64,000 nt of DNA from Lama guanicoe (Eukaryota), in contig MU056000.1 in the NCBI GenBank assembly GCA_013239625.1, positions 8,037,214 through 8,101,213 of the forward strand, read 5' to 3'. The translations under genes were made by a program, and so were the position numbers. Shown in pieces: positions 43,503 to 58,534 of this stretch (position 1 is its first letter; every line of letters begins with the position of its first letter). A model generated the notes under the pieces. The model did not search any database, was not told the origin of the DNA, and saw only the letters and a program-made list of their open reading frames with translations.

Positions 43503-43958
43503 ACTGAGCTTCTCAAGACCTAACCGCGTATTATAATTGCCAGGGGAGCTTTTGGAAAACAACTCAGTACCCAGGCAGTATCCACCAGCTGTTTATTTCA
43601 GAATCTCCAGAGGTGGGACTCAAACATCAGGCTTTTGGGAAGTTCACAAGGTAGTCCCAATGCACAACCAAAGATGAGAACAAGTCATTCCCAGCGCAAG
43701 GGTTGTTTTCCAAGCGTGGTCCCCATGCCAGCAGCCAGCATCACAATCAGTATTGGCATCACCCCACCATCCCTAAGTGGGAAACTCTGGGGCAGGGGCC
43801 CCCGGGATCAGCCTCAACAAGTTCTCATTAAGTTTACAAGCCTCTGATGTAGAGGAGATTCTGATTCGGGGCTCTGGAGTGGACCTGAGAGCCTGCATTT
43901 CTAGCAACCTCCCAGGGGAGGGAGATGCCACTGGCCTGAGAACTACCACTAAGCTGCA
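43503..43958. mobile_element. Cluster of MER5/Charlie-like hAT MITE fragments
   Basis: gcttctcaa...tcagaatctccagaggtggga, then gattctgattc...ctgagagcctgcatttctagcaacctcccagg. Confidence 0.6.
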
Positions 43959-44648
43959 GAGAGTGACTGTCTTTCCTTATTTTTCTCTGGAAGCTCTCCT
44001 GGGGCCTGAGCAGCGACACTCGGCCCTCAGCTATGCAGAACCCAGCTGGCTAGTAACAGAAAAGCCTCCAACAGGAATTTCTGTGAGCGATTCCCACAGG
44101 GTCATGAGAAGGAAAAAGAACCCCAGAGGGTCGACTGAGAGTCCCTTGCTTACAAAGAACAAATACTTTTTGTTATGTCTTGGATATATAACATGACATT
44201 ACAGATCCTATTAGCAAGTAGCATAGTTTTTAATAAAATAAATACTACAGTATACCACTAGAAATTAAAATGCTACATCGCATTCTAGTATTTAAGTATT
44301 AGAATAAAGTGGATCCTAGGGAAACCTTAAATAAACCTTGCAAACACTTTGTTTTCCTTTTAATACGCTGAAACTTCCAGCTGCAGAAGTGCTAACTCTG
44401 TTGAGTATTATTCATAAGGTTTCTTAAAGGGTCCCCCCAAATCTGTAAAAGCTTTGAGAACTGCCACACTAATTCCAGGTATTCTGACAGGCTACAGCTG
44501 CCAGTTCAAAAACTTTTTAAAAATATTGTAGGATCTTGGTGAAATTTTGCCAGTAACTTTTTTACTCGAAAAAGAGAAAAACATAAACAATAAAATGTTA
44601 TAGGCTTTTTAAGATGGCTATTGTCTATGCTGGAAATGTTCTATGTCT

Positions 44649-44773
44649 ATACTGTCCAATATGGTAGCCACTAGACACATGGGCCCTAGATATACGCACT
44701 GGATTTTAACACATGTTTAATTTGAATTTAAATAGCCAAATGTGTCTCGTGGCTACCTTGCTGGACTGCGCAG
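44649..44773. mobile_element. MER3/MER33-like hAT MITE
   Basis: Inverted termini ctgtccaatatggtagccactagacacatg and atgtgtctcgtggctaccttgctggac. Confidence 0.75.
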
Positions 44774-47700
44774 TTATATAAGTCCTTCTGCAGTTTTTAA
44801 TAAATAATCCAAGGATATTATACTCCATTCCAATAGCCTCCACAATAAGAAGTGCCTAAGAACAGTTCTTCGGCTAAATAGAAAAATCTGGGTTTTTTGC
44901 ATCAGCTGGACAAAAGCAGGCATCTTTTGGGAGCTTGTTTCCTCTCTCGGGTGTACATTTTGTTCCATATGTAACTTCATTTAGCAGCAATTGGTGAGGA
45001 GTACAATTCAAGCCTGCTGCACAACTCATGAGATGGTTTATGACTACCTAGGTCATCGGATTAAAAACAATATAAGCAAAATTCAACACACAGAGAATTT
45101 CATCCACTTGACTGTCATGGAAGCTCAATTCCACCTTAAAAGTATGGTGGCACTATAAATAAAACTGTAAATCCAATTTTAAAGTTGAAGTTTCAAAACT
45201 TCACGTTTTTAACTCATAATTACTACATCCTTCTTCCCCACATATTTGGAAATGTGTGTGCACAAGCAATGGGAATTGAAATCACTTTGTTGATACTGAG
45301 ACCCTCAAAAATGATGATATAAAATTTTGTAGAAATATTTGGAGATAATTGAACCCCAATACTGTCCTGGATCACACAGTGGCTAATGACCAGGATAATT
45401 CTTGTTGGTATCTCCATTTCCTGCTCTTTGAATCGGTCTCAACCTAAAGGATTACTTTCTTTCCCATCCCGCCAAAACGCGGCACCTGTCTATGTGAAAT
45501 CGCCAAGGAAGCAGAACATTGTTAAGTAGATGGTCTGATTAAATAGTTTCCAATAGGCAGAGTTCGGTGCACATTACATGTCATCCCTTCTTGCTTCCAA
45601 CTATGGGAAAGCCATCAAGAGACAAATAAAATATTACTTCTAATTCCTATGGACACTTTATGGAGATTATGTCTCATGCAAAAAAAGAAAATGTGGGGTT
45701 TTGTTAATGAGACATGAGTAATACATGTAATTTACCAAAGATCTTATAAATTAAATATTTCATCTGCATTATAATTTACATACAAGTTTCACATGGGCCC
45801 AATTTAGGATATACTGTGGTTGTGATTTTCATATTATATGTCCACATGTATTTGTTGCATGTGTGTACTTGGTACACTGACGCCTTCTGTGTAATTATGG
45901 AGTGAATTTACACCTATTTTATAGAAGCATTTAAGGGGAGAATATATTTTCAAACTGTAGTAGAAAGAACATTGAAATGGGAATTTAGGCAATCTATACA
46001 TCGTGTCCATTAACTAAGAGTATTCAAGCTTTAGGCATCAATTCGCTCATTATCTCAATAAACCACTAACAAGAGCCTACTGTACTGCAGGTACAAACGT
46101 GAAGTTTGTTCTTGAAAGTCTGTCTGTAGTCCTCTCACATGAAGTATTTTATCTTGACATTACTTTGGAAATCTAAAGTTGCTGTGTTTTTGTTGTTAAC
46201 AGAATACTATCTGGCTCACAACCGTGGCGTTGTTTTTTATTGGGAAGTTCCAGTCCCTGAAAATATGGCGCTCTTGGACCAGGACATGGCATAGGCCTTA
46301 ATACTGAGCATCGCTGTTTCTTGCTCATTTCAGGTTGTATCTTCTGTAAAGGAGGGAGAGATGGCATAAGGTTGATAAGGGGGAAAAAACTCTCCAAACT
46401 TGGAAACTTTCTTAAGCCTCATTCCTTGGGGATTTGGCAGTTTGCAAAACAAACAAACAAACAAACAAAAAAAAAACAAGACAAAACCCCAATGCTTACA
46501 GCCAGTTAACAAGGGACGCGACAGCCTGAACTCTCTGAGGAATCTTGACTTCAAATCATGAGTACGGAGTGTCACTGAGCGAAACCACATTTTATAAAAC
46601 AGGTCCATGATTTACAGGCAGTCCTTGTGAGGATGCATTTAGACCTGCCAAGTTTCCTGGAATCGTCAGCAAGGCTCCTGACGCTGGATCAGGAGGGATA
46701 TTTGTGCAGAATGCTGGGCAGCCGGGCTGACGATGTCAGGAATGGGGAACTGGAGCCCCTGTTCTGTGGCTTCCCAGACGGGAGCCCGATGACCTGGGAT
46801 GGGCAGTCCGCTCCCCCCGCAGCCGCATTCAGCACTCGCGTTTTACTGGGTTTGCCTTCGGACCTGTGAACCTCGTAGTTTCTCCCCTTGGCCCGTAATC
46901 CTGGTTGTGGTGACTAAGGGCACTGCTGGGAGTCATGCTCTTGGGCAACAGCAGTGTCACAAGAGGCAGAGCTGGAAAGTACATTTGAAAGGAAGGCAGA
47001 GGCATCAGGGCCGGGGTCACAGAAGAGCCAAACACCCGAATGTAGCATTGGATTTGGTGGGAAGCAGTTGGCTGGTGTTTGCAATTGCAGAGAAAATTAA
47101 ATGATGAGAAAACACAAGCAACAGTTGAAGAATATTCTTTGGATGAGTTAAGCCTGAATAACTTTTGGGGAAACAAAAATCGAAAAACAAAAACAGGACA
47201 TGGCTTAAAGATGACATCTTTGAAGAAATCCATTTCTGTACCCGAGCAATCTGGTCACGTGATTTAGTAACATCACCTACGTGCGGCTGACGAAAATGTC
47301 TGAGAATGTGCTGAACTTCCCAGGGGCAGTGTGCACAGGGCTCTAGGCTTGAACAGGGAGATGGACAAAGCCATGTATTCTCACAACTTAGAAACAAGAA
47401 GGAAGCAGCAATTCCAAAATGCAAACAGTCTTATTTTGGTATTAGATGAAGTGTCCCCGTCATACGGTGCAATTACGATGAAGCTGCGCCCCCCAAAGTC
47501 AGTCTGGTGCCCCTGTACTCCCTGAGACGAAATAAATTTGCTTGAACACAACTACCACGGCTTCCCAAATCTGGATCATTGCTCCTTTGACACCATCTTC
47601 AAAAGAAAGGCCACTCTCTGAAATAATTCCCCAGATAGAAAATCCTAGTACTATGAGAAAGGCTTAATTTCAGGAATAGCCAAATAAAATCATCAAACGC

Positions 47701-49884
47701 CTTGTCGAGCCATTCCTTGGAGGAGTGCTGGTTTGGGTGAAAACGGATATGGAACATAAAATGAAGAGACAGCTTCTGGGCCCAGTTCCCCCTGGGATCC
47801 CTGAAGTCATCACCACAGAGATCAGGCAACGAAAGGAAGGCTGGGTTTACCCAGTGGTGATGTCAGACTAACATGGGAAAGTGGTACCTAGGCCCAATTA
47901 AACTCAAGTAATTGAAAAATTAAGGCAGTTGAAGAAAAAAAAAAAATTCCTGCCCCAGATGAGAACATCTCAATTAAAAGGACCAGATGAGCTATAATTT
48001 TTGAGATAATCATGGAGACCATCCTCACTGCTTTCTCTTTGCCTAAGGGTCTCAAAACTAAGGGGAGAGGGAAGGAGGAAGGGGACAGACAGAGAGACAG
48101 AGAGAGAAGGCGATGGGAGAGAGAGATCTTGCAAACCACGCTGTCCCTGTCACTACAGGCAGCCAGAAAGAGGTGGTGGCGGTTCACTTCCCAGGGCCTT
48201 AAGCCACCAGTATAAACAAGACACTGCAAACTTCTGCACCCTGGGTACTTGGCTGTTCCTTCCCTCTGACCTCCCTATGATTAAAGCATGATTAAGGTCA
48301 TTATCAATAACTGTTCTCAAAAGTATTTCATGTGACCATTTCTATGGTATATCAGTGGAAAGAAAATAGGGAAGAAAAAAACAATAACTGAAGTGTCTAA
48401 TTTAAATTTATCCCACAAAGGGATTTCTTGATGGCAACTCTTTCTAAAACGACATGAGTGTTGGCCAAAATAGGCCACATGAAACTTTTATTTCAGGAAG
48501 AGGCTCATTTAGTATAATTTTAATAAGCCAAACATCTGCTTAAAAGAAGAACTGTTATTGTAAAACACGTACACACCCTCTCTGCGATGAGCAAAGTTTC
48601 AATTATTGAAGCCAGATTAAATATATTTATACTGGAAAAAGAAAATGGAGGGAGAAGATTTTAAAGCAGAGCAATGAGAAGGGATTTCCAACAGGTAATC
48701 ACCTGAAAGTGATCTTAAAAACAAGTAGACTGCCGGCTTCGCAAAGACGTGTCAGAGAGGGTACAGAGAATGACATGACTTCTCCTCTACATGTAGCATG
48801 ATGTAGACATTCTACACTAAACACATCTCAGCAATTTGGGGTTTTGCAAGCTTTTAAGTGATTTTTCTCTTTACAGGTGCTACCAAGCAATGGTTTCTTT
48901 CATAATTCAGCAAACTGGAGTGAGGTCACACGAGTTGTCTCCATCACGTTTCCATTCGATAATCAATAAGCAGGTGTTTACTGGGGGATTAGTTCTTCCT
49001 CTGAACCCTGTATGTCTTGGTGTCCTTCCCACCACCAAACACAGAGTTCCCCATCCCTTTGACCTTGACATCTACCTGATGAGAAAGAGCAGCAATAGGC
49101 CACATTCCAAACTCAAAATACACATTGGCCTCTGGCAGAAGGGAGCAGATGGTATATTTATCATTATTATATGGTACAAATGAGGACTTTTAAGACATAA
49201 ACATCAGTGCAACATTAGACAGGCCAGCTCAAAAAGACATGGCAATTTGCTTCTTGAAAAGCTCATTGCTTTTTTAGAGTGTCCACTATTGTTCAAGTTT
49301 TATTTTCCAGAACTATCATGCAATTCTTAATTTCCCGCAGTAAGCAGGCACTTCCCCAGGATTGTGAATACGCACAGGCTTACTTCAGTTCAGCAGGAGA
49401 ACATAAAAGGGGTTTTAAAATCTTTAGGTTCCTGCACTCCTTTGCCAGGGTTCTGTGTACAGATGTAGACGCTCATATTTCTTGCAAATTTTGTCTCTTT
49501 GAGGAATGGAAGACTTGATGAGACGAGTTTGTGTTTGGACATGGGGAGAAACCAACATTTTTAGAGTGACTCTTCTGTGCCAGAAGTTTTATATTCAGCA
49601 TTTCATATAATCCATAGGAAATTGGATGCGAGTGGAAGCTGACGAAACCTGGAGAAGACCCAACTTCTCCATCCTCACCACCCACAGTCTCTGTGGTGTG
49701 ATTATAAAGGAGAGGCTGGGGCGTGAGGAACGTGAGGAACACTTGCTGAACCCCAGGCCAGTCACTCGAAAAGTGGAGATGAATTTCGTATGGTTTCCAC
49801 TCCTGTGACAAGGCCATCTCATAGGAAGAAACAGACTCGTCAGCCACTTACGACAGGGGGGTGTATGTGGTGTGAGAGAGCGAT

Positions 49885-50610
49885 GCTATCAGCAGTAAGT
49901 CGTGGCCGTGTTGTGCCTCTGCTCAAAATTCTCTGCCAGATCCTCATTCCACTCCAAGCCAAAGACAAGATCCTCACAGCAGTCCACTGGGTCTCCCGTC
50001 CACTTGCAAACTCCTGCTCCCCACTCTGCCTACCTGAGCCTCCTTGATGTCCTGCCAACATGCCCGGCCACCTCATCGAGGAGCCACTGCCTCTGCCGTC
50101 CCCCAGACAGCCCCTCTTCTCCTCCGTGCCTTTAGCCTAAGCATCATGGCACCTGCTCCACAAGCCCCATGTGCCACCAGCACCCCCGACCCCCGCCAAG
50201 AACTCTGGATCCTGCTTCTCCTGTTGTGCACTCATTTCCCCTTCCTGGAATTCACCTTCTAACAAATTATACAATTTACCTATTCACTGTGTTGATTTTC
50301 ATTTTCTTTTTTTTTCTCCTAATTTTTAATTTTTGTTCTTTGGGGTGGAGGGGAGATAATTAGGTTTATTGATTTATTTATTTTAATGGAGGTGCTGGGG
50401 GGTGAACCCAGGACCTTGTGTGTGCTGAGCACGCGCCCTGCCCCTTGAGCCGCCCCCTCGTGCTGATTTTCTGAGTCCCCATCACTGCAGCTAGAATATA
50501 CACTCCTTGAGGACAGGGATCATTCATGTCTGTTCTCTTTCCTTCTCCATCCCAAGCACGTGTAACAGCTCATGGCAGACATGGAGCACAGAATAACATC
50601 TTGACGGTGT
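49885..50610 (+). mobile_element. L2 3' fragment interrupted by a SINE
   Basis: tgcctctgctcaaaattctc, ctagaatatacactccttgaggacagggatc and an L2-like tail. Confidence 0.65.
50301..50459 (-). mobile_element. tRNA-derived SINE (camelid Vic-like), copy 3
   Basis: Reverse complement has aggtcctgggttca...cccagcacctccattaaaataaataaatcaataaacctaattatc. TSD gtgttgattttc (50289-50300) / gtgctgattttc (50460-50471). Confidence 0.88.
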
Positions 50611-53600
50611 CAAAGACTAACCTAGAGCTATAGGCATGTAAATGGAGGAGCAGCTCTGTTTTGACCGAGGCACCTCGCCAGAGCGACACAAAGGCCGAGG
50701 CTGACTCGGAGGAGGGAGAGAGGCACGGGGGGTGGGTAGTCTACACAGCCTGTTTGGAGGCTAGGGCTGGGAGCGTGCAGGGCAGCTGAGCAAGCACTGG
50801 TGTGAAGAAAGGACCAACTATGACCGGCTCACGTGCCTTTCTGGGAAGGCCTTGGGTCTGAGGCGAAGCATCTCACGCTCTCTCTGCTCCAGCTCGGTCC
50901 CATGATCTTAGCGTCTGGACAGAATGCCTTTCAAGGATTTTAATGAGGGTAATGCCAGAGAACTAATATTCTATGGCGATTTTTTGTGACTAGGGGTTCT
51001 TTCAGACTGACAGGGTGGGGCAAGGCAGGCTGTGGCCCAGGGCCTGGTGAGAGCCCAGGGGAGGCCACCCAACAAATACTGATTATGTTAAACAAACTAG
51101 AGTTTGTCAAAAATTGAAATTAGCATCTTTGAACATTTGTGATACGCCCTTGAAATTGTGCTCTGACATGATTTATGAGCCAGATAGAAAACCATGTGCT
51201 TTACTTTAAAATCATACATTTTTTAGACCAAAAAAAAAAAAAAGAAGTGTTTTTGTGTTCCTGGATTGTTGACCTTATTAACTCGGTCTCGCATCTGTCA
51301 ACCATTATTTGAGCTTGACTAGCCCTTTTGGCGCTCTGTGACTACAAAATATTCCAAAAATGAATCCAGGCTTGAAGGAATGAACTTTAACGCCTTTCAA
51401 AATAGTGAAAGAACGTGTCACAGGGCCCTGCAAAACCACTGGCAGAGAGGGACTCCCAGGAGAATGTGAACAGAGATGTCATGAGAATAGGATGTGGTCT
51501 CCCTGCCTTCAAGGATCTAACACTAAACACTGAGCAAAATGCTGGCTTACTGTTCGGCATTCCTCGAACAAGATTTTAAAGTCACAGTAAAACATGCCTT
51601 TCGCACTGCAGCACACCGAGGCTGAAAGTAGATCCGGGACCCAGATCCGCCACTTCACTGCGGTAAGTAACACTCCGATATCCACCAGCAGCCTCCATCC
51701 TGTTAATCAGGTGGATCGGAACAAGCCTCTCCCCTGCCAGTTTGCATACTCAGACTTCATCCACCCACCTGTCAGGTAAACGAGTGCACACCAGTAACCT
51801 CGGGTTCAAACTTAAGTTATCGCCGTGAACAGGCACACTTATAGACGCCTTCGAATAGACAGCTTTGCTCTCTCTGCAACTTAGTACACTTTCTGATTAA
51901 ACTTGAAAGCGGATTTTTGATGTGATGCTCAATCTTGCCGTTCGAGCTTCTACTGTTTTACTCCCACGGCGACTGGTGGATGCTGGAATTTAGCCCAGCC
52001 AGGGGAACTCTGACAACATGGGAGTAGACGCATCGCTGCATTGCTTGTCCACTGTGTAGAGCTCTCAGTAGGCTCAAGCTGTAGATGTCTTTAATTGAAA
52101 GTCAATCTAGAACAGGAAACCTACAAAACACTCTCTCAAAGGGATCAGACTTCAACTCAGTCAAGATTCTTTTCCCATTCTTATTGCTGCTGCCTTAAAA
52201 CGGTGCCTGACAACTTCTCTCGATGTATTGTTTGAGGTTTTTCATCTTTAAAATGTAAACGCTAATACAGCCCTGTAGGGGGATTAAATAAGAGGATGAC
52301 TGTAAAGTAGATTACTTCTGGTGCTCAATAGATGGCAATTATGAATTTTAGAATCAAGAAAGCTTTGATTTAACAACTAGTCCTTACATACATGGGTGTG
52401 AACTGAGCTTACGAGCAGCTCACGTGTTAAGCTGAAAAGCTGACTGAGTTTTCATTTGACACAGATATGTCTGTTTTCCATGATGATCAGCTATGGGACT
52501 GCTGATTTTTAAAAAAATCTGACAATGTTTTCAACTCAAATTGCAGGAGTCTTAGATATTTATGAGGAAAAGTCAAGCATGAGTATTAAATGAGTTCAAG
52601 ATAAAAATTTTTAAAAAGGCAGAACTATTTTGTTTTATGAGCTGCATGTCTTAGAAGTTCTAGGAAACTGGTAAAAACTAAATTCATAGCTTTCATAGGT
52701 TAATTTGAATAAAAAATATTATTCATTTCTGAATATTTCTGGCCCCTTGGACTTAGAAGTGTGAACAGATAGAAGGTAAAAAAAGGGGCTGTAATCCACT
52801 TGTTTGCTTCCAGAGAATTCGAAATTACATATATTCTACCATGATCAGTGTATCGCGGTCAAAGAGGGTCAGTATAGATGGGAAGAAGAAAAATAATTCT
52901 TTTTCAGGATGGGATGCTTTTGAGAGGAAAAAAAAAATCTAAACCTAGCGAAGGAAATCATATAGCTTCCATATAATCTTTTAATAAAATAACATTAGAT
53001 TAAAAAATCTTAAAGTATTTACTATGCAAATAACATCACTCAACATTGTCAATATTATTTGATGTGCTTATGTAAGTAAACAATATGGATAATTTTGTAC
53101 ATATGATAAATGTATGTATATTTGGATATATAAGATAATTTTTTCTAATAAATTAAAAACCTTTTTTTAGACATTCGCTCCTGCATCCCATCACATTTCT
53201 GCAAGGGAGGTGGAACAGACCAGTGCCTTTAAAGAGCAGTGATCCTGGAGCTGGGAAATAGCACACTGCCCGGGTCGGCCTCTGCGTGCGTGGACCTGGA
53301 CTCAGTGACCAAGGGGTCCTTCTGTTCTCCAGCGCCACATACCTCCAGTTCTCCATCCACATGGGACGCTGCCTGAACTGGGGTCACACTGGACCACTGC
53401 AGGGGGACCAGCCCATCTCGGTGGAATGTTTTATTTATCTCTCCCTTTTATCCACACAACCCTGGCATCACAACAATGTGAAGGTTACAAAGCCACTGAT
53501 GCACAAGGGTATTGCCTGAAGAAGACAATCATATTTTTAATAGATATCTGGGACAGCATTTACCCTTAATCATTGAAATGCACTGAGACTTTTCAGCTTA

Positions 53601-54152
53601 CACTTCATTTACGCCCAGATCACCTAAAATAAGCATCTTACGGTGACCATATGATGTCATTCTAACTTGTTCTGCTTCCTCTGTCTGCAGACACTTCTTA
53701 GGAGCCAGGTGGAGGGTGAGGGGCTGCTGGATAAAAACTGAAAATGGCTCTGCCCTCAAGGAGCTCTCAGTTTAGTTGCAAAGACTCATCGATGAGTAAT
53801 AACAGTAAATTGGGGACAGAGATGGGTTTGGTTGTCACAGGAGCCTGGGGTACGTGGCGTGCCTGGGGACGGACTTCTGGCAGAGGTACCACCCAGTAAA
53901 TGCAGAAAGGCTGAAATTAAGCTCGCCAGCCTAAGGGGTGCTTTTGGGGGTTCTGAGCTCCTCATTCCAGGAGCAAAAGCACAGAGATTGAAAAGGTCTC
54001 ATGCTACTGAAAATAAGCATATAGCTTAAAACAAGATAGCCCTCTAATATATTAATTCTGGAGACTTGATTGAATATAGTCTGTGCCCCAAAATTATCAA
54101 AACCAAAATATTTGGTGAATTTTTTAATATATATATACATACATCATCCATT

Positions 54153-54175
54153 ACACACACACACACACACACACA
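54153..54175 (+). repeat. (CA)n microsatellite
   Basis: Perfect AC run. Confidence 0.9.
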
Positions 54176-54679
54176 AAACAACAACATTAATATCTTTCTT
54201 GAAAAAAAACTCCAGTTGGTAACTACTTCTTTTTACCAAAAGCTGGTTTTAACTGCAGCTAATAAATATGTACAGTGGAGCTGTGAGGACAAGGACACAC
54301 CTTAAAGAAACAATTAAGGGCACATTTCAAAATCACACTTGACAAAGTATAACTATTCCTACACTAATCACAATTGTCTTCACAATACTTCTGTATACTT
54401 GATGGTGCATTTACACTATATTCCTTTATACAATTAACCCCAAGGAATAATTTCATGTTTTTTTAAGATGAAAAAATGTGTTTCAGGTATAGTCTCAAAC
54501 TCAGAATGTATGTATGTCACATTTAGATCCCATATGGACACAGAAATAGTACCTAGACACATGCTTGCATATTCACACAGGTAAGTATATATAAGTTAGA
54601 TACAGCACAAGTGATTCGCAGACATTCCTGCAGAAAATACGCTCGTAATTCAGAGTTACTCTATAAGTGTATTGTATTA

Positions 54680-55033
<354 letters not shown>

Positions 55034-55850
55034 TTAGAGCAGTAAGTGACAGTCTCAGTGAAGCAGAAATGACATGTATTATTTATTGAGAGTAGCCTAG
55101 AATTATCACACGCACGATTCCAGCCATCTATGCTTTGAATTCTCAGAACTAAAATGACCATATAATTCGACTCTAGCTCTTAAATGAGTTTTTTTCTTTT
55201 TTTTTTTTTTTGGTGGTTTCAAAGTTCTCCAAAGAGTAGATTTTTTTCAGATGATCTCATCCTGACCTACATAGAGACATTTCTTAGGAGACAAATTAGT
55301 TAATCGTGTAGTTAATTTTAGATTAGATAATATCAGAAACATTTGAAATAATCTGAAAGGCTACTTTTTCGTACATGTTAATTGCGTTAATATAATCATT
55401 TCTCCTATTTAGTTATCAAGATGCTAAAATATTTGAAACCTTCCAATCAGTGACAAACTCTATTGTATAGTCATGTAATATCTCAATGCCTGAAGGGTAG
55501 GCAGTGTTTAAAATATTAACAGCTCTCATACAACGTAGAGTTCTCCCTGATCCTCACATGGTCTCCGACAGTTACTTATCTTCGCCATCACAGTGATGCA
55601 CAGTCAGAAGACAAAGAGAAAATACACTGTTTAAATCGGTGCAGCCAATGTGGCTGATACTACAAGTGAGGGAGGAAGAGGATCAGTTCCTGGCCTTATT
55701 ATTTAATTATCTTCTGGGTTAAGGAAATGTGGTTTATTTTCTTACTTTCCTTTTTGATGGGAGCTTTGCAACAGTTTGCTTATTTCCTTTGTTAAGTAGA
55801 TTTTTTCTTTAATCAAATTTCATACTCACTTTGGGAATGAAAAGAAGTAT

Positions 55851-56015
55851 GGGGGGGAGGCTAAAGCTCAGCGGTAGAGCATGTGCGTAGCATGCACGAG
55901 GTCCTGGGTTCAATGCCCAGCACCGCCATTAAACAAATAAATAAATAAGTAAACGTCATTACCTCTCCCCAACCCCACAAAAAAAAAAAAAAAACTTAAA
56001 AAGAAAGGAATTAAA
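55851..56015 (+). mobile_element. tRNA-derived SINE (camelid Vic-like), copy 4
   Basis: agctcagcggtagagc...gcatgcacgaggtcctgggttcaatgcccagcacc with poly-A. Approximate TSD aaaagaagta/aaaagaaata. Confidence 0.88.
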
Positions 56016-58534
56016 AAAGAAATACAGAAGAGCGGAAGTGTACTACTATTTTCTATTGTGTGTGTTTGAGAGGGAATCGAGGTAAGTAGAGTGAGTTAGG
56101 GGGTAGGAACTTGGCAAGATAAGTCTTCTCATGTTAACCGTATTATAACGTGATTTCTTTTTTGATGGAGGAGAATTTGACACACATGGATTACGGTATA
56201 ATCATTGTGTCATCCTTCATCTCCCTCTTTGGCTGTTTAAGGCAATAGTATCATTTCTAATAACCTTAAGCAAATTTTAAGTTCCTTACTTCTTTGTTTT
56301 TAAGACTAGAACATGACTTTTTATTTCAAATAAGAACACAGATTTGCTATGACAGGGGTCTTCTTTTGTATGAACATAATGTCTTCTCTTAAAAAGTATT
56401 GGTTCACATAATATTTGCATTTAAGACCATCCTCTCCCCTCTGATTCCCTGATGGAACTTCTAAACGATGCAACAATACTTCTTCATCATTGGACACTGA
56501 ATACTAGGCTGATTAGCTAATACAGGTAAGACTTGGCATTTTGGAATGTATAGAGTTTCTGAAAAAAAGTCAAGCAAGAAAATAAAACCATTTCCATCCA
56601 GTCCCAATTTCATCGTAAAGGGCATAACAAAAGTACAATTGTAATCCTTTTTCCTTGTAATTTAGAAAATAGTGTCCCAAGGAAATCGTGTATACCAGAT
56701 GGTGAAGTTTGCAATAGCTTGCAAAAAGAATCCTTTGATCCATACTGATGGTATTACAGGGCTAGTCACCAGAAGTACAATGCATCTATGGGGAGTGCAT
56801 TCCGAGTTTCATTCTGGATGCCAGGAACATACTGCCCCCATGGTGGCTGTCGAAACTGTCAGGCACAGAAACAGATTCAACGGGTGGTCTCCGAGATACG
56901 GGGGAGCCTCTGGAAGGGCAGAGGGACTGGTGACGGGGCAGAGGCAGATGGAAACTAATTCCAAAAACAGGAGGAAGAGGTGGGTCCTGGGAGGACAGTG
57001 ATGACCTGTAGCCAAGGCTTTCCCCCTAGGTCCCTACCCTCCTGAAGGTCACTGCTCCATGGAGGAGAGTGAGCTATGGTGGAAGAACAGAGGCCCTTTA
57101 AGATTAGTGGTCACCATTCTAACTAACAATGGGCTGCTTTCCACAGAGACTTCCTTTGGTTATTTCTTTCAGGACAGTCTACTCTGACATAATGACTTGC
57201 ACCGTGCATATATATTCCTTTCTACACAGTAACGTATTTCCAGGGCAATGAAAGTTGAAACAGACAAAATACAGCACAGAGTTTTGGAAATGTCAATAAA
57301 AAAAAAGAATCTTTAATTTCATGTAAATAATTTAAAAATCCATAAAGTAAAAGAGTTGTGGGTCCCGGTTATTTGACTTTTTTAAGGGACTGTGACTTTG
57401 CTCTGATGAACTTACTTGCATATGTAGTTAGCAAATCAAACAAACTTGTCAATTCTGAATAGACTCATAAAAATTAGCTCCAGAAATCTCCAAATGCTCT
57501 CCATGCAGGATCTAACCATGACAATTTAAGGTCCCTTTTCATAGCAATTTCAATTAAATGTATGATTTATGTGCTCCTGAAATATCCATATGAAATAATC
57601 AAATCTGCTCATCTTTTATCGAATCAGTTGTGTATTTGATCAATACTCAAGGAAAACAAACCAAGATTCTCTGTCTCGTTACTTTGTTCACACATCTGAA
57701 GCATGAAACCTAGATATGCCCTGACAAAGGTAATTGCAACAATGAGCAATATATCATAATCTCACAGCCCTGTCATGTCACCTGGCAAGGACAAAGCAGT
57801 CGGGACAATAGCCAAAACACCACATGCATTTTAGAATGATTTTTCCATTGCTCAGTAGGTTTCAAATGAATGGCATTTATTCCCTCCAGTTTTAGAGGAC
57901 ACAGATATATAAGAATATGGAAAAGGTTAAAATGATAAGACTTAATTCTTAATTACTTTCTAATAAAAATGAGATTTATGTATAATTAACCCCTGAGTAG
58001 CTTTATTACCATTACTGTGCACTGAGGAAGAAAATACAAATTTTCCAGAGATTTCAAAAGCATTTATAGTTTTGGGCTTTAAATTATGATTTTTCTCTCT
58101 CAAGAACTTTTGACTTTCCATCAAATCTTGCTTGAGCAAGAGGTCAGATTGGGTTGCATCCCTGAAGAAATGAAGGGTTTCCACTGGGGGATGGGGACAA
58201 CAGAAGAGGATTTCTTGGGGTGCTGGGGGGAGAGGAAGAGACTGGGCTTTAAATTTCCACCTAGGGGAATAGAATGTTGCATTGCTCCAGAAGAAACTGG
58301 AACTGTAAGCGACAGCAGATGACAATGTCCTAGCAGTTCACCAAAAGCAGAAGCCACCCTCTGGTATGTTTGCTTCCAAGACATTGATCAAAGGGGTCAC
58401 AGTGACGTCTCTGATCATTCTGGATCCTTTCCATCATGGGACAATCTTCAAAGCTCAGGCTAGGGGTCTGTTCCAAATCTCAGCCCTGGGGGCTAGGAAG
58501 AAGAGGTGAAACCATTTCTGATAAACTGATAAAA

